Origin: Eledone cirrhosa | Lineage: Eukaryota | Reading direction: 5' to 3' | Assembly: GCA_964016885.1 (NCBI GenBank) | Contig: OZ024740.1 | Location: 302,002,001-302,066,000, forward strand | Length of the DNA: 64,000 nt | Shown: one piece after another, positions 26,400 through 38,440 of the stretch | Position numbering within the stretch: the first letter of the stretch is position 1 | Layout: each line of letters begins with the position of its first letter | Notes under the pieces: generated by a model | Databases searched by the model: none | What the model was told of the DNA's origin: nothing | The model's input: the letters and a program-made list of their open reading frames with translations, nothing else | Translations under genes and position numbers: made by a program

Positions 26400-27010
26400 T
26401 AGTCATCCATCAAGTCGCAACAAGGACACCAAGAAGATAACACGTTCCTCAAAATGTGCGCAGTACTTAGTAAATCCGCATTTTGTATGACACTTAACCT
26501 GTATGTTATTTCCTGTCGCTTTAAGCAGTTTTGAAATTTCACTGCGAGTATCCCTAATGCCCCGATCACAACTGGTATCACTTTCACATTACCCTCTAGA
26601 ATTCCAAATAATCTTGCCAGCTCCACTTTCAATTCAGACTAGTTTGTGATTTATTTTTAATGTCATTACTCGCAATATCCGTGTCATATTTGGTATGGTC
26701 ACGTCGATGATCTAACAGTATTTGTCTTTCTTGTGTAATATGTTAATATCCGGTCGGCGATGTTCAACTACTCTATCAGTTTCAAAATAATAATCCCAGA
26801 CTAGCATTGTTGTCCCATCCTCCAGCATTATTTTGCAAGGCGTACGTTTATACCACTTCTATATGACTTCACATTCGAAATCCCGAAACCAATGCGAAAG
26901 AAAGTTTTAACAGACTTTATCAAGCGGCGCTTATATTCTTGTTGCGAAAGTGGGTTATATTTTCGACATTCTTGCCACAAAGAGCCTGCATTTCATCAAT
27001 TATCGCTTTA
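26400..27010 (-). mobile_element. Third, older RLE LINE fragment (may extend to about 27810)
   Basis: WDYYFETDRVVEHRRPDI..IIDV, VIPVVIGALG, TAHILRNVLS. Confidence 0.75.
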
Positions 27011-28811
27011 ACAGCCTGATTTTTAGATCTCATGTTCCTTTTTTCTGGTTGTTACTTGTCACTTTCTTTCACCCATGCCTGTGTTTTCTTTTTCTTTATG
27101 TTTTCATCTTTTCAAGTTCACCGGGAATGTCTTGTATTGTTTGTTCTATCCGATATTTATGTTCATGATTAGAAATATCTTCATGCATATTGTCGATCTG
27201 TCATTCAGATTCGCCTTACTCTGTTGTGTTTCTCATACCCTCAATACTCTGTGAAAATTTCCTGCTGACAACATAGTCAATACGTTTTGTGATATCTCAT
27301 CTGTCAGATATTCATTTCCATCCCTTTCTGATATTGTTATTTTAAACATTTTTCAACATTCTACGTAATTTCATTTAACTCTGAATTTGTTAATCTCTTG
27401 TTTCTAAGAATATCTCTTCTTACATTTGTCCTTCGTTTTAGTCCAGTTTTGGTCATACCTTGTTTTCTCTCCCACTATACCCCAAAATAATTTACTGTTT
27501 GTTGATTCTGACGGTTTGTCCATTTGATATGTTGAGTGATTTGTCGTACATGAGGTTTCGAACAGGAAGGGCTTGGATTGAGATTATTCTCATTCAAGTA
27601 ACCCTGTTGATCCGGTATATGTTTTTATCTCTATCCATTGAGGGGCTTTTCTGTTGTTTCTTTATGCCTTTTATCCTACAAGACCAAGGGGAAATTTTGT
27701 TAAACATACCATTTCTAGGATGATTAGCAACTAAGCTTAGTCAGCGCATCATGGCCACAAAGCACAGTTACCCCTGCAGGATTCCTTCCTGTGATTTCTT
27801 GGCCACGAATTTTAATATTATTATTATTATTATTGCTCCCCTTAATGTTTTCTTCGTGTAAATCCTTTGCTGATAATAACAAAAATAACTACTAACATCA
27901 GCCCTACCACAACCACCTATACTTCATGTCGATTTTACTGTGCCTCTCTGTGTGCTATATTGTATATGCTTTATAATCCAATAATACATGTGCATGGATG
28001 CATTCAAATCTATTTTAGTCCACAATACATAATAAGAAAGAGAGTTGCTCATTTGCTAATGGTTGAATATTTTCAGAGAATGGTTATGACATTAAACGGG
28101 TTTAAGCGTGATATTCTGATGAATTGAGACGATTCAACAGAAATGAAATACAAAAATGCCGGGAAAAATATTGAAATATCAACGTAAAATGAGATAATTT
28201 ACTGTAGAATGAGATAATTGACTATGATAAAAGAATACGATATGTAATTTAGTTAAAGGCCTCCTTCGGTATATGCTAACCATGTGTATTATCCTATTGT
28301 CAGCTCGGCTGGAGCAGAGTCTCCGGTGGCTAAACAGACCCATATGTGAGTGACAGTCTCTGTCACATAGAACACGTCTATATATAGTCTCTGGTCCGTT
28401 GGATTTATTACGCTCCTTTCGCCGGACTCTTCTGTCTGCTGCTGCAGTCATCATACTCTACTCCCCTGATTTGAGGTGTTCCTCCATTTTGGTCAGTCAA
28501 TGGCCTCCATATCTCATTTATTTATTATCTTCTAATCTCAATTGATTTACCTTTTCTATAACATCCCTTCTCAATTTTCTCCAGAATCCTTCTTCGCCTA
28601 CTTCCTATAGCCTAGTTTCATACACAATCCATAGAATTTGCTGTATAGAATTCACTTTCAACGCTTGACCGGCTCCACCCACTCCTTCATTGTTCTACAG
28701 CCAAGTTCAGCCAACCACCTCCCACCCACTGCCATCATAGACTTAATTGTGTTTACAAGAAATGTTGACCAATCCTCTTGACAACTACAATCTCCTCATA
28801 TGAGGAATTAC

Positions 28812-28891
28812 CCCCTTGAAAAGTTCGGCTATTTATTTACCACGCTAAAAATTCTAATTTAGTTCAGGAATAGCCATCGAAACGGTTTGAG
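28812..28891 (+). ncRNA. Possible hammerhead (family F) with U3-A8 core
   Basis: TTGAAAA-GTTCGGCTATT...AATAGCCATC-GAAACGGTTTGAG; stem I weak. Confidence 0.4.
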
Positions 28892-29082
28892 CCATCGAAA
28901 CGGTTTGAGACCGATGGAGATTTACGAAAAATGATAAAAACGGTAGAGTAAGCATGGAGAATGTAAACTGGCACGAAATATATTTTCAGCGTCATAGAAA
29001 TCATCTGGTTCCTCCAAGACTAACATGAGAAACTATGGTCGAAAACGATCTTTTATGAACTATATATGTATGTATATTTATT

Positions 29083-29880
29083 AAAATAACAGATTAAAAT
29101 TTAAGCAAAGAATCACTGCTTTCACCCTTAACGGGATCTTCTGAAACTAACAAAGTCAATATGTAAACGCAGAAGTGGATATTTCAAAAAAACGTTGCAA
29201 CCGGAGGAAGACAGGAAGACGATACTTTGGTTCGTGGTAACGTTCCCTGGCAAAGAACGGGAAAAAACGAATATAATACGTCATTAATAGGAGCGGTGAA
29301 AACCAATTAGACGCAAAGACAGAACCACGTTTATGGTATAAAAGAAGTCGTAGACTAATGTTCTCTTAGGTGGTTCATTGAGACGTTCTCTAGCAATGAA
29401 CGGAAAAAACGAAGATAATACGTCATATGTGGAGCGTGGAGAACAATTGCACGCAAAGACAAAACCAACTAAATGGTATAGCAGAAGTCGTAGACTAAAA
29501 TTCAAATTAGGAAACCGAATGAATCCCCGCTTCAGAGTTAAGAATAAAGTAAATAAAATACAATACAGAGGTAATAGAAATTAAATAAATACATACACGC
29601 ATACAAATACGTATATACACAAGCATACGCGAAAACACTTGCCATAGGTATACAAAACCACGCACATATAAATATGTGTGTGTGTGTATACAAATAAATA
29701 AATAATTAAATAAACGTATATAAATAAATAAATACGTACATAACAAGCGCACACACATACCTACATGTAAATACACAAATGTTCGGAGACGTAAGTCAAC
29801 CAAAACATGAAGTACACATATACACACACCCTACATACGTACGAACCTGCATACTCACACAGACGCAAAACTCCCGTATG
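29083..29880 (+). repeat. Left arm of ~800-bp inverted repeat
   Basis: Reverse complement of 30548-31349; contains two diverged ~145-bp tandem subunits (29250-29500). Confidence 0.92.
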
Positions 29881-29890
29881 TATGTATATA

Positions 29891-30228
29891 TCTATTTCAG
29901 AGCACCAATCCTAATTTTCAATATTTGCTGGACCGGCAATCGCTCTGTATAATCAGTTCCTGGTTCTTACTGGAATTCTATAAGAATCCAGCCTCTATAA
30001 TTTTCGGCAAAGGTCGGCGAGTGCTAGGCTCTGATGAAGACCAACAGTGTGAAACACATCTGTCAGCTGATTTCCCTTCCTTTGCTGAAAAAAGAAGTAA
30101 GTGACAGTCACTTCTTTAAAATAATAGCGCAAGTTCTTCAAATTGTTTTTAATTAAACATACAGTATATTACCAAATATACCATACATACATTCATGTAT
30201 ACATCTCTATTTCAGAGCACCAATCCTA

Positions 30229-30232
<4 letters not shown>
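29891..30232 (+). mobile_element. Retrozyme-like 315-nt non-coding unit (family E) with 27-bp terminal redundancy
   Basis: TCTATTTCAGAGCACCAATCCTAATTT at 29891 and 30206; single HHR; no meaningful ORF; 3' end in (TA)n. Confidence 0.75.
30001..30091 (+). ncRNA. Type I hammerhead ribozyme (family E)
   Basis: GGCT-CTGATGA-..-GAAACA(CATC)TGTC-AGCT, GUC site; closing stem TTTTCGGCAAAGG/CCTTTGCTGAAAA; stem II weakened. Confidence 0.75.
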
Positions 30233-30294
<62 letters not shown>

Positions 30295-30547
30295 ATAATA
30301 ATAAATTTGAAGACTAAAATCCAAAGAGGGCTCGACAAGGATAGTACGATCTATACGTGGATATTTTACGTCTTGATGTGGGAGCTAAGTATATATTTTG
30401 TTTATACCATTACTTATTTGCATAGGTAAGTATATATTATCCGTATGTTTTGTGAAGGTACGTATAACTTCTCGTACGTATATTTGATTGTTTATGTTAT
30501 GGCGTATATTTTTTTATATATTCTGGTTCATATGGTTTGGCTGTGTA

Positions 30548-31349
30548 TACGGGAGTTTTGCGTCTGTGTGAGTATGTAGGTTCGTACGTATGTAGGGTGT
30601 GTGTATATGTGTACTTCATGTTTTGGTTGATTTACGTCTCCGAACATTTGTGTATTTACATGTAGGTGTGTGTGTCCGCTTGTTATATACGTATTTATTT
30701 ATTTATATACGTTTATATAATTATTTATTTATTTGTATACACGCATACACACACGCACATATTTATATGTGCGTGGTTTTGTATACCTATGGTAAGTGTT
30801 TTGCGTATGCTTGTGTATGTACGTATTTGTTTGCGCGTATGTATTTATTTATTTCTATTACTTCTGTATTGTATGTATTTACTTTGTTCTTAACTCTGTA
30901 GCGGAGATTCATTCGGTCTCCTAGTTAGAATTTTAGTCTACGACTTCTGCTATACCATTTACGTGGTTTTGTCTTTGCGTGCTATTGTTCTCCACGCTCC
31001 ACATATGAGGTATTATCTTCGTTTTTTTCGTTCATTGCCAGAGAACGTCTCTATGAACCACCTAAGAGAACATTAGTCTACGACCTCTTTTATACCATAA
31101 ACGTGGTTTTGTCTATGCGCGTAATTGTTTTTGACCGCTCCTATTAATGACGTATTATATTCGTTTTTTCCCGTTCTTTGCCAGCGAAAGTTATCACGTA
31201 CCAAAGTATCGTCTTCCTGTCTTCCTCCGGTTGCAACGTTTTTTTGAAATATCCACTTCTGCGTTTACATATTGACTTTGTTAGTTTCAGAAGATCCCGT
31301 TAAGGGTGAAAGCAGTGATTCTTTGCTTAAAATTTAATCTGTTATTTTA
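30548..31349 (-). repeat. Right arm of ~800-bp inverted repeat
   Basis: Reverse complement of 29083-29880; ends in (TA)n. Confidence 0.92.
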
Positions 31350-31379
31350 ATAAATATATATATATATATATATATTTTA

Positions 31380-31453
<74 letters not shown>

Positions 31454-31715
31454 TAGTATAGTATAGTATAGTATAGTATAGCATAGTATAGGTAGTACGG
31501 TGAAATAGTGGTGTTGATACCAAATCAAGCACTCTCTGCATAGGCAGAGTGTATATAATAGAAAAAACGAGAAGTTTCGTTTACATATGAAAAATATTTA
31601 TTGCTAATCGACCTGCTACTGAGACATGAGAAACACCCCCCCACACACACACACACAACCACACACACACACACACACACACAAACGCACACACACACAC
31701 ACACACACACATGCT

Positions 31716-31947
31716 CACCGACATCCAGAGTTGACACTACACTCAGTGCTCCTTTGGGGACCCCTGCATGGACATACTGGAAGAGGAAGACCAAGGTTGG
31801 CATATGTTGATGCATAAGGACACATACTGGTCTGTTGGAGACGCAGGACATGGCAGCGATAGTGAGGGACAGAGACCGCTGGAGTGAACTCGCCCATGGA
31901 TCTCGGGAATTTTACCCGCTCTAGATAGATAGATAGATAGATAGATA
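31716..31947 (+). mobile_element. 3' fragment of an RTE-type LINE with (TAGA)n tail
   Basis: RHPELTLHSVLLWGPLHGHTGRGRPRLAYVD...RDRDRW, typical of an RTE C terminus. Confidence 0.7.
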
Positions 31948-31981
31948 TACATATATATATATATCTGTGTGCGTGTGTATG

Positions 31982-32046
<65 letters not shown>

Positions 32047-32100
32047 ATATATATTTGTTTGTGCGTATGTGTATACAATCTTCTATTTATATATATATAG

Positions 32101-32131
<31 letters not shown>

Positions 32132-32266
32132 GGTGTGTGTGTGTGTGTATAAATATATAGTGTATGTGTGTATGTAACAGTGAATTACTGGTGGTGGTCC
32201 CAACAAGAGTACTTGGTATACAGGCAGTGTGTATACATTAGGAAAAACAATGAAGTTTCGTTCACA

Positions 32267-32322
<56 letters not shown>

Positions 32323-32713
32323 CACACCATATATACCATTATAAATATATCTAAAAAAATTAGCCAAATCTGTATAACCTCAAATATATCTGCATAGATT
32401 AGATGTATTGCTAAGTTCCAAAATCAGATGCCAAAACCTAATCTACATTTGATAGAATCAAAAATACAATTATATTACGTTATAGGAATCGTATGGGAAT
32501 ATGGAAAGTCGTAAATGTAGACATTATACATTCGAAATATATAGGACAGTCGTTTAATATCAAACGATGCAGAAAATTTATCATGTACACGTTAGATTGG
32601 GGGTGGGCTATAATACGATATATATATTTCACTCATTCTATCTGTATTACTTACTGAATATGCCTCTTTAAAGCACACGTCATTCTTTTATCTACTCCCT
32701 TTCTATCTCTAGA

Positions 32714-32782
<69 letters not shown>

Positions 32783-32785
32783 ACA

Positions 32786-32821
<36 letters not shown>

Positions 32822-34081
32822 TGTATATGAATATATTGTAGAAGAACTCAGACGCAGAGAAATAACTGTGAATAAAACTAGTTGCTATAAACAATTTCGC
32901 AAATCGGGGAAAGAACCTGTATTGAGGGGAAAAGTGGCCAGCGATTGATATGAAGTATACATCCCCATTTATTTAAGATCCGGCGGCCCACTGCTCTAAG
33001 TATTGACCTAAGTTTAAAATTTGTTTAAAATTTCCCGACATAGATATAGTGTACATGTATAGTGTACACACGAAGATCTACCTAAAAACGTCACAGACAC
33101 ACATACATACACTCCCACCATTCGCAAATCACACACACAGTAATGCAGAGGTGAAATAATGTAAATGCAAACAGATACGTATACAGATATGAACACATAA
33201 AAAACACATAAAAAGTTCAGACACACGCATATATAAATTCATGCACACATAAAGGATCCATAGACACACACGTGCATACAAACACACACACATACATACA
33301 TAAATATACACCCACACACATGCCTACACACACATGCCTACACACACACGCGCGAAAATCACACACATACACAAATACACACGCTCACTTCCATCAAATA
33401 TACAGAAATCAAATGACGGGTCATCATGTATTGATTCTCTATGTGAAGTGTTTGGAATAAACTGAACATAATGCTTAAGAAATGTTTCCCCTATTTACAG
33501 TTATTTGACACTGCTCGGTCACCTGAACATTTTCTTAGATCCAGGAACTCGAGAATGTTGGGTCCGGCGCGCTCGAGATTAGGCCACACAATTGATTTTT
33601 TCACCATGAACTGAAACTTGTTATAAATCCATAAATGTACACACGCATAGGTTTTTTAAACAATTACTTACATTTTAATTAATTGTTTACTTATCTAACA
33701 ACATACGTTCTAAATATCAAAGCTGCCCCCAACTGGCCCTGTAATAAACAGAAGATGTATACGTGATAATGTCTGTCTTCTGTTTTATAATATATGTATA
33801 TATACATTGAATACAGTGGGCTAGTGTTTGACCTGTTCTCAGGAGGCTAAATCCTCGCCGAGGAAGTTCATCTTGGCCGATTAAGTAACGTTTAATAATA
33901 TTACCTAATTTCTGAGCATGCCAGTCCAACATGGACTGCCACAAACTGATAGCGTAACAAAGACTAGTGCATTAGTCCAGGGACAGAGAATGAAATTTTC
34001 TTCGCACAGGAAATAATTTATCTCACTATTAACGTATGAGTGTGCACTCTGCTTTCCTTTCTGTTTCGTATCTTAATAATT

Positions 34082-34551
34082 TTTTCTACTTTAGGTACAA
34101 GGCCAGCAATTACCCAGTACATTACTAATAATGCTGGTTTAATTGAATGAGTGACAGAACGGTCGGAGATACACCGATTCATCCGATGATTATTTGCCTT
34201 TCATCCTTACGGGGTCGATAAAACAAAGTACCAGTAATGCACTCGGTAATTGCTGGCCTTGTGCCAAAAGTAGAAACAATTATTATTATTATATATATAT
34301 AATACTAATAATAATTGGCATAAGGCCAAAAATAACCCCAGTGTATTACTGGTACTTTATTTTATCGACCCCGTAACGATGAAAGGCAAAGTTAACCTCA
34401 GCGGGATTAGAACTGAGATCTGAAGGGCCGTAACTCTTTGCTGCAAATCATGTCGTCAGACCCTCTACCGATATACCAATCCACCAATAATAATAATATA
34501 CCAGTAATGAACTGGGATAATTGCTGGCCTTGTACCAAAAGTAGAAACAAT

Positions 34552-34552
<1 letters not shown>
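34082..34552. mobile_element. Cluster of S1 SINE pieces in both orientations
   Basis: 34082-34130 (-), 34195-34280 (+), 34316-34485 (-), 34499-34552 (+). Confidence 0.75.
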
Positions 34553-34618
<66 letters not shown>

Positions 34619-34802
34619 CTTTATTTGTTTGTGCATGCTTGTGTGTGTGTATATGTGTATATATAGGTTCGAGTGAACTCTTTTTTTGGTTAGTATCTTC
34701 AGAGATAAAATCTACTCCAGTTCTAACTGAATATGTGCATAGAATTTCTTTTTTAAGTATTAAGTACTTACAACGATATTTTCTAACCCATTTTTATTGA
34801 CA

Positions 34803-34866
<64 letters not shown>

Positions 34867-36324
34867 TGTATGTGTGTGTCTGTATGTGTGTGTATGCAAA
34901 CATATATAATCGTAGACATAAATTTACCATTATCAGATAGTTAGCGTTCCTTAAGCCAACAAACAAATCGTAACAGCATAAGCCTCAGGATAGTTCCTGA
35001 ACTAAGTCAGTAGCACGTTTATGTTTTTTTAATTTCGACAGGTGAATATCGTTAGTTAGTGATGTCAAGGATAATTAGTTCTAAATTCATTAATAGTAAA
35101 GATATGGTTTTGAAATGTATTAATGTCAGGCGACAGATAATGACGAATTTCCAATGATACATACACCCTAATTTTGGATTTTTAGAATTCAAACGTATTG
35201 TTAAATGTCGGTGATTTTGTGACTGTTTACTTACAAGTAAGCTGTGAATAAACAAAGCTATTATAAATATATATCATCGTGTTCTGTACGATGTTTTTTT
35301 ATAAACCAAACTATAAAATGCACAACGTGACGTATTGTTTAAGACGACATAAATAAATGGAAGGAGATTTCGCATCTATTCCATTCAGAGCGACTGCTTA
35401 TGTTGACTTTTCCTCGTTCGCATGCGTTGTTATAAATTTTACTGAATACAAGTTTCCTTCAGTCCCATGGTATATCCTTCGTTTTTGCATTATGGAATTT
35501 CCGTATTCCTGGTGGAAACACAGTGTCACAATTATATGAATGGTGTATAGTATTCGCTCTGTCTTCCTTTCTTTAACACGTGCCGTTTTATGACTAAATT
35601 TCACGAAATGCCTGACAATCTTATTTGATTGACGCTGAAGATATTTGTAATCGTGACACTAGACAGGTTCCGATAGTTTTTCGTTTTTCCTGTTTATGCA
35701 ATGATTATATTTTTCGATTTATGTTTGAGAGATTACATTTCCTACTCTTGTCTTTCTCTGCGGTATGTTATTATTTCTTGCTTCCTGGTTTAGGTACATG
35801 TTGCTGACATTTATTTATATTATGTATTGTGTTGTAGATTACCAATGGCTTCATCAGATAGACTATTTCAGTAGTTTAATGGTGCTAGTTTCATAAAATA
35901 TGTATATCGAAAGCATCAATAATTATGTTGTTGAATGTATAAGCTGCTATCTACGTTGTGGTTTGTGGAGTATGTATACTGTTAAAAAAAAAGGCAGGTT
36001 CTAGTTAGAACTGGGTATGATTTTGTTTGGGGAATTGAATGCGTTTTGTTTATTGGTGTGAGAATTGATTGTGATATTTATAGATAAGAGAATCATTGCT
36101 AACTGGAACTAGTTGTTGATGCGGCTGAAAGCGGTAATTGTTTGAATTAGATAATATCGATGGAAGGGTGATGCTTTGTGTGCTGAAGGATTTATGGATT
36201 CGGATTATATAGCAGAGAATACAAATTGTAATTGCGATGGTATTGTGTCGCTGCTTGGATTATCCATTTATTTTACTGGGTTGCGTTCTATACATTTAAT
36301 ATTCTCGTAATAATTATTTCGGAT

Positions 36325-36550
36325 TAAGGCACATGGCCAACAATGTTTTTTTTGGGGGGTGGGGGGTGGGGGGTGGGGGCTCGATTACATCTACCCTAAT
36401 CGGTTACTGTTGCTTTATTTTATCGACCACGTAAGGATGATAGGCAAAGCTAACCTCGGTGGGATTTGAACTCAGAACATAAAGAGCCGTAGCTTTATGC
36501 CACAAAACATGTTGAATATTACTCTACCGATACTGCAAAGCCACCGCCCT
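36325..36550 (-). mobile_element. tRNA-derived SINE, family S1
   Basis: GGGATTTGAACTCAG (B box, reverse) plus central domain. Confidence 0.8.
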
Positions 36551-36617
36551 GATGTTGTCGCAATAATTGGGTTTGTTTATGTCTACGGTGTTATTGTTGG
36601 ATTGGTAAAGTGAGGGA

Positions 36618-36669
<52 letters not shown>

Positions 36670-36799
36670 TGTTAATCGTATTAATATGTATCGTGTTGTT
36701 TATTTTCAGATAGAATGGTTGTATTTCCAGTGTATTCAATTGCCATATTATTGACTAAGTGTACTCCAATATGTTGAATGTATTATCATATGCATATGT

Positions 36800-36986
36800 T
36801 GCGGGGGATTGGCAATATCGGCAGAGGGTCGGACACCAAGCTTTGCAACATAGAGTTACGGCACTTAACGGTCTGAGATCAAATCCCGCTGAGGTTAACT
36901 TTGCCTTTCATCATTACAGAATCGATAAAATAAAGCAACAGTAATTCACCGAGACGATTGCTGGCCTTGTGCCAAAAGTAGAAGCA
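36800..36986 (+). mobile_element. tRNA-derived SINE, family S1
   Basis: TGGCAATATCGG A box, GATCAAATCC B box, GCCTTTCATC domain. Confidence 0.85.
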
Positions 36987-37114
36987 AATATGATATGCAT
37001 CTTAACGTCTTACTTCGTAGATAACCTTTTTTCTTATTCAAACCTATCTACCAGTAATATAGTAATCGAGGAAACTAGTCATGGGGTTCTATTTCCGTTT
37101 GTCATAATAATAAT

Positions 37115-37297
37115 CGTTTCTACTTTTTGGTACAAGGCCAGCAATTGCACAGTGTATTACTGGTACTTTATTTTATCGACCCCGTAAGGATGAAAGGCAA
37201 AGTTAATTTCGGCGGGATTTGAACTCAGATCATAAAGGGCGGTAACTCCATGCGTCAAAGCATGGTGTCCGACCCTCTACCGATACTGCCAATCCAA
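37115..37297 (-). mobile_element. tRNA-derived SINE, family S1
   Basis: Near full length, same consensus. Confidence 0.88.
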
Positions 37298-38054
37298 CGA
37301 TTGTTATTTTATGACCTAAAATTGTCAGTTTGAATCATAAATAGGAAGTAATATTTGTTTTCTTTGAATGAAAGCTCCGCAATTCTTCAGCCTACAATAT
37401 TGAAAAAAATTCAATTCTAAAACAAGCATGGTTAAGCGAGGTCAGCTATCTACTTTAGTAAATACCTTTTCCGGTTCCACACTTCGTATGGGAACATGTT
37501 ATTTAACCCATTAATTATCCTAGCATATGTACATGGTTGTACTTGCATAGCTCGGTTTCTATCAGCACTCATTTATTTGAATGCCTATGCTTTGTTGAGG
37601 AAGTGTATTGAAACTGAAGAATATTCAAATGCTTTAATGTGTCAAATTACAATTCACTTCTCCGTATTGCTGATTTCAAATAATTGGTAACATGGTGAGT
37701 ATATTTTTCAGTTTATATTGTCACCACTGTCTTTGCTTTGTTTATGTTAAAACATTGTTCAATATTGTTCACCTCACGAACTGTAGAATTTCGATCAATC
37801 AAAATCGTGTTGCTCATCATACTACATTTAGTATATACTTCACTTTTAAAATAGTCGGTTGTGGTGGGACCCATTCGTGTATTTGCTAATGTGAAATCAG
37901 CGGGGCGATTTTATAAATTGTGAACATTTTGTAAATAGCATGATATTTGCGTTTTGAAAATATTTGTAAAACACAGTGTATTTTCCTTTCTTTTACCTAC
38001 ATTAACGTTATACGTCCTAGTGCAGATATACTCATATTATTATATTACAAGCAT

Positions 38055-38245
38055 TCAAGGGCGATGAATTGGCAGTATTGGTAGAGGGTCGGACGCCATG
38101 CTTTGACGCATAGAGTTACGGCCCTTGCCATTCTGAGTTCAAATCCCGCCGAGGTTAACTTTGCCTTTCATCCTTAAGGGGTCAATAAAATAAAGTACCA
38201 GTAATACACTTGGTAATTGCTGGCCTTGTGCCTAACGTAGAAACA
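38055..38245 (+). mobile_element. Full-length S1 SINE with 19-bp TSD
   Basis: A box TGGCAGTATTGG, B box GTTCAAATCC; central GCCTTTCATCCTT..GGGGTC.ATAAAAT..AGTACCAG resembles the Meta-SINE domain (from recall); TSD ATTATTATATTACAAGCAT at 38036 and 38246. Confidence 0.92.
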
Positions 38246-38336
38246 ATTATTATATTACAAGCATATTATAAAAACACCTCTTTTAGATAATGTAAAATAG
38301 TAATATTTTAAGATGCTCAAATTCTTGAGTAATAAT

Positions 38337-38440
38337 TGTTTCTACTTTAGGCACAAGGCCAGCAATTGCCCAGTGCATTACTGGTACTTTATTTTATCGA
38401 CCCCGTAAGGATGAAAGGCAAAGTCAACCTCGGCGGGATT
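38337..38440 (-). mobile_element. 5'-truncated S1 SINE with 12-bp TSD
   Basis: TTGAGTAATAAT at 38325 and 38439. Confidence 0.88.
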
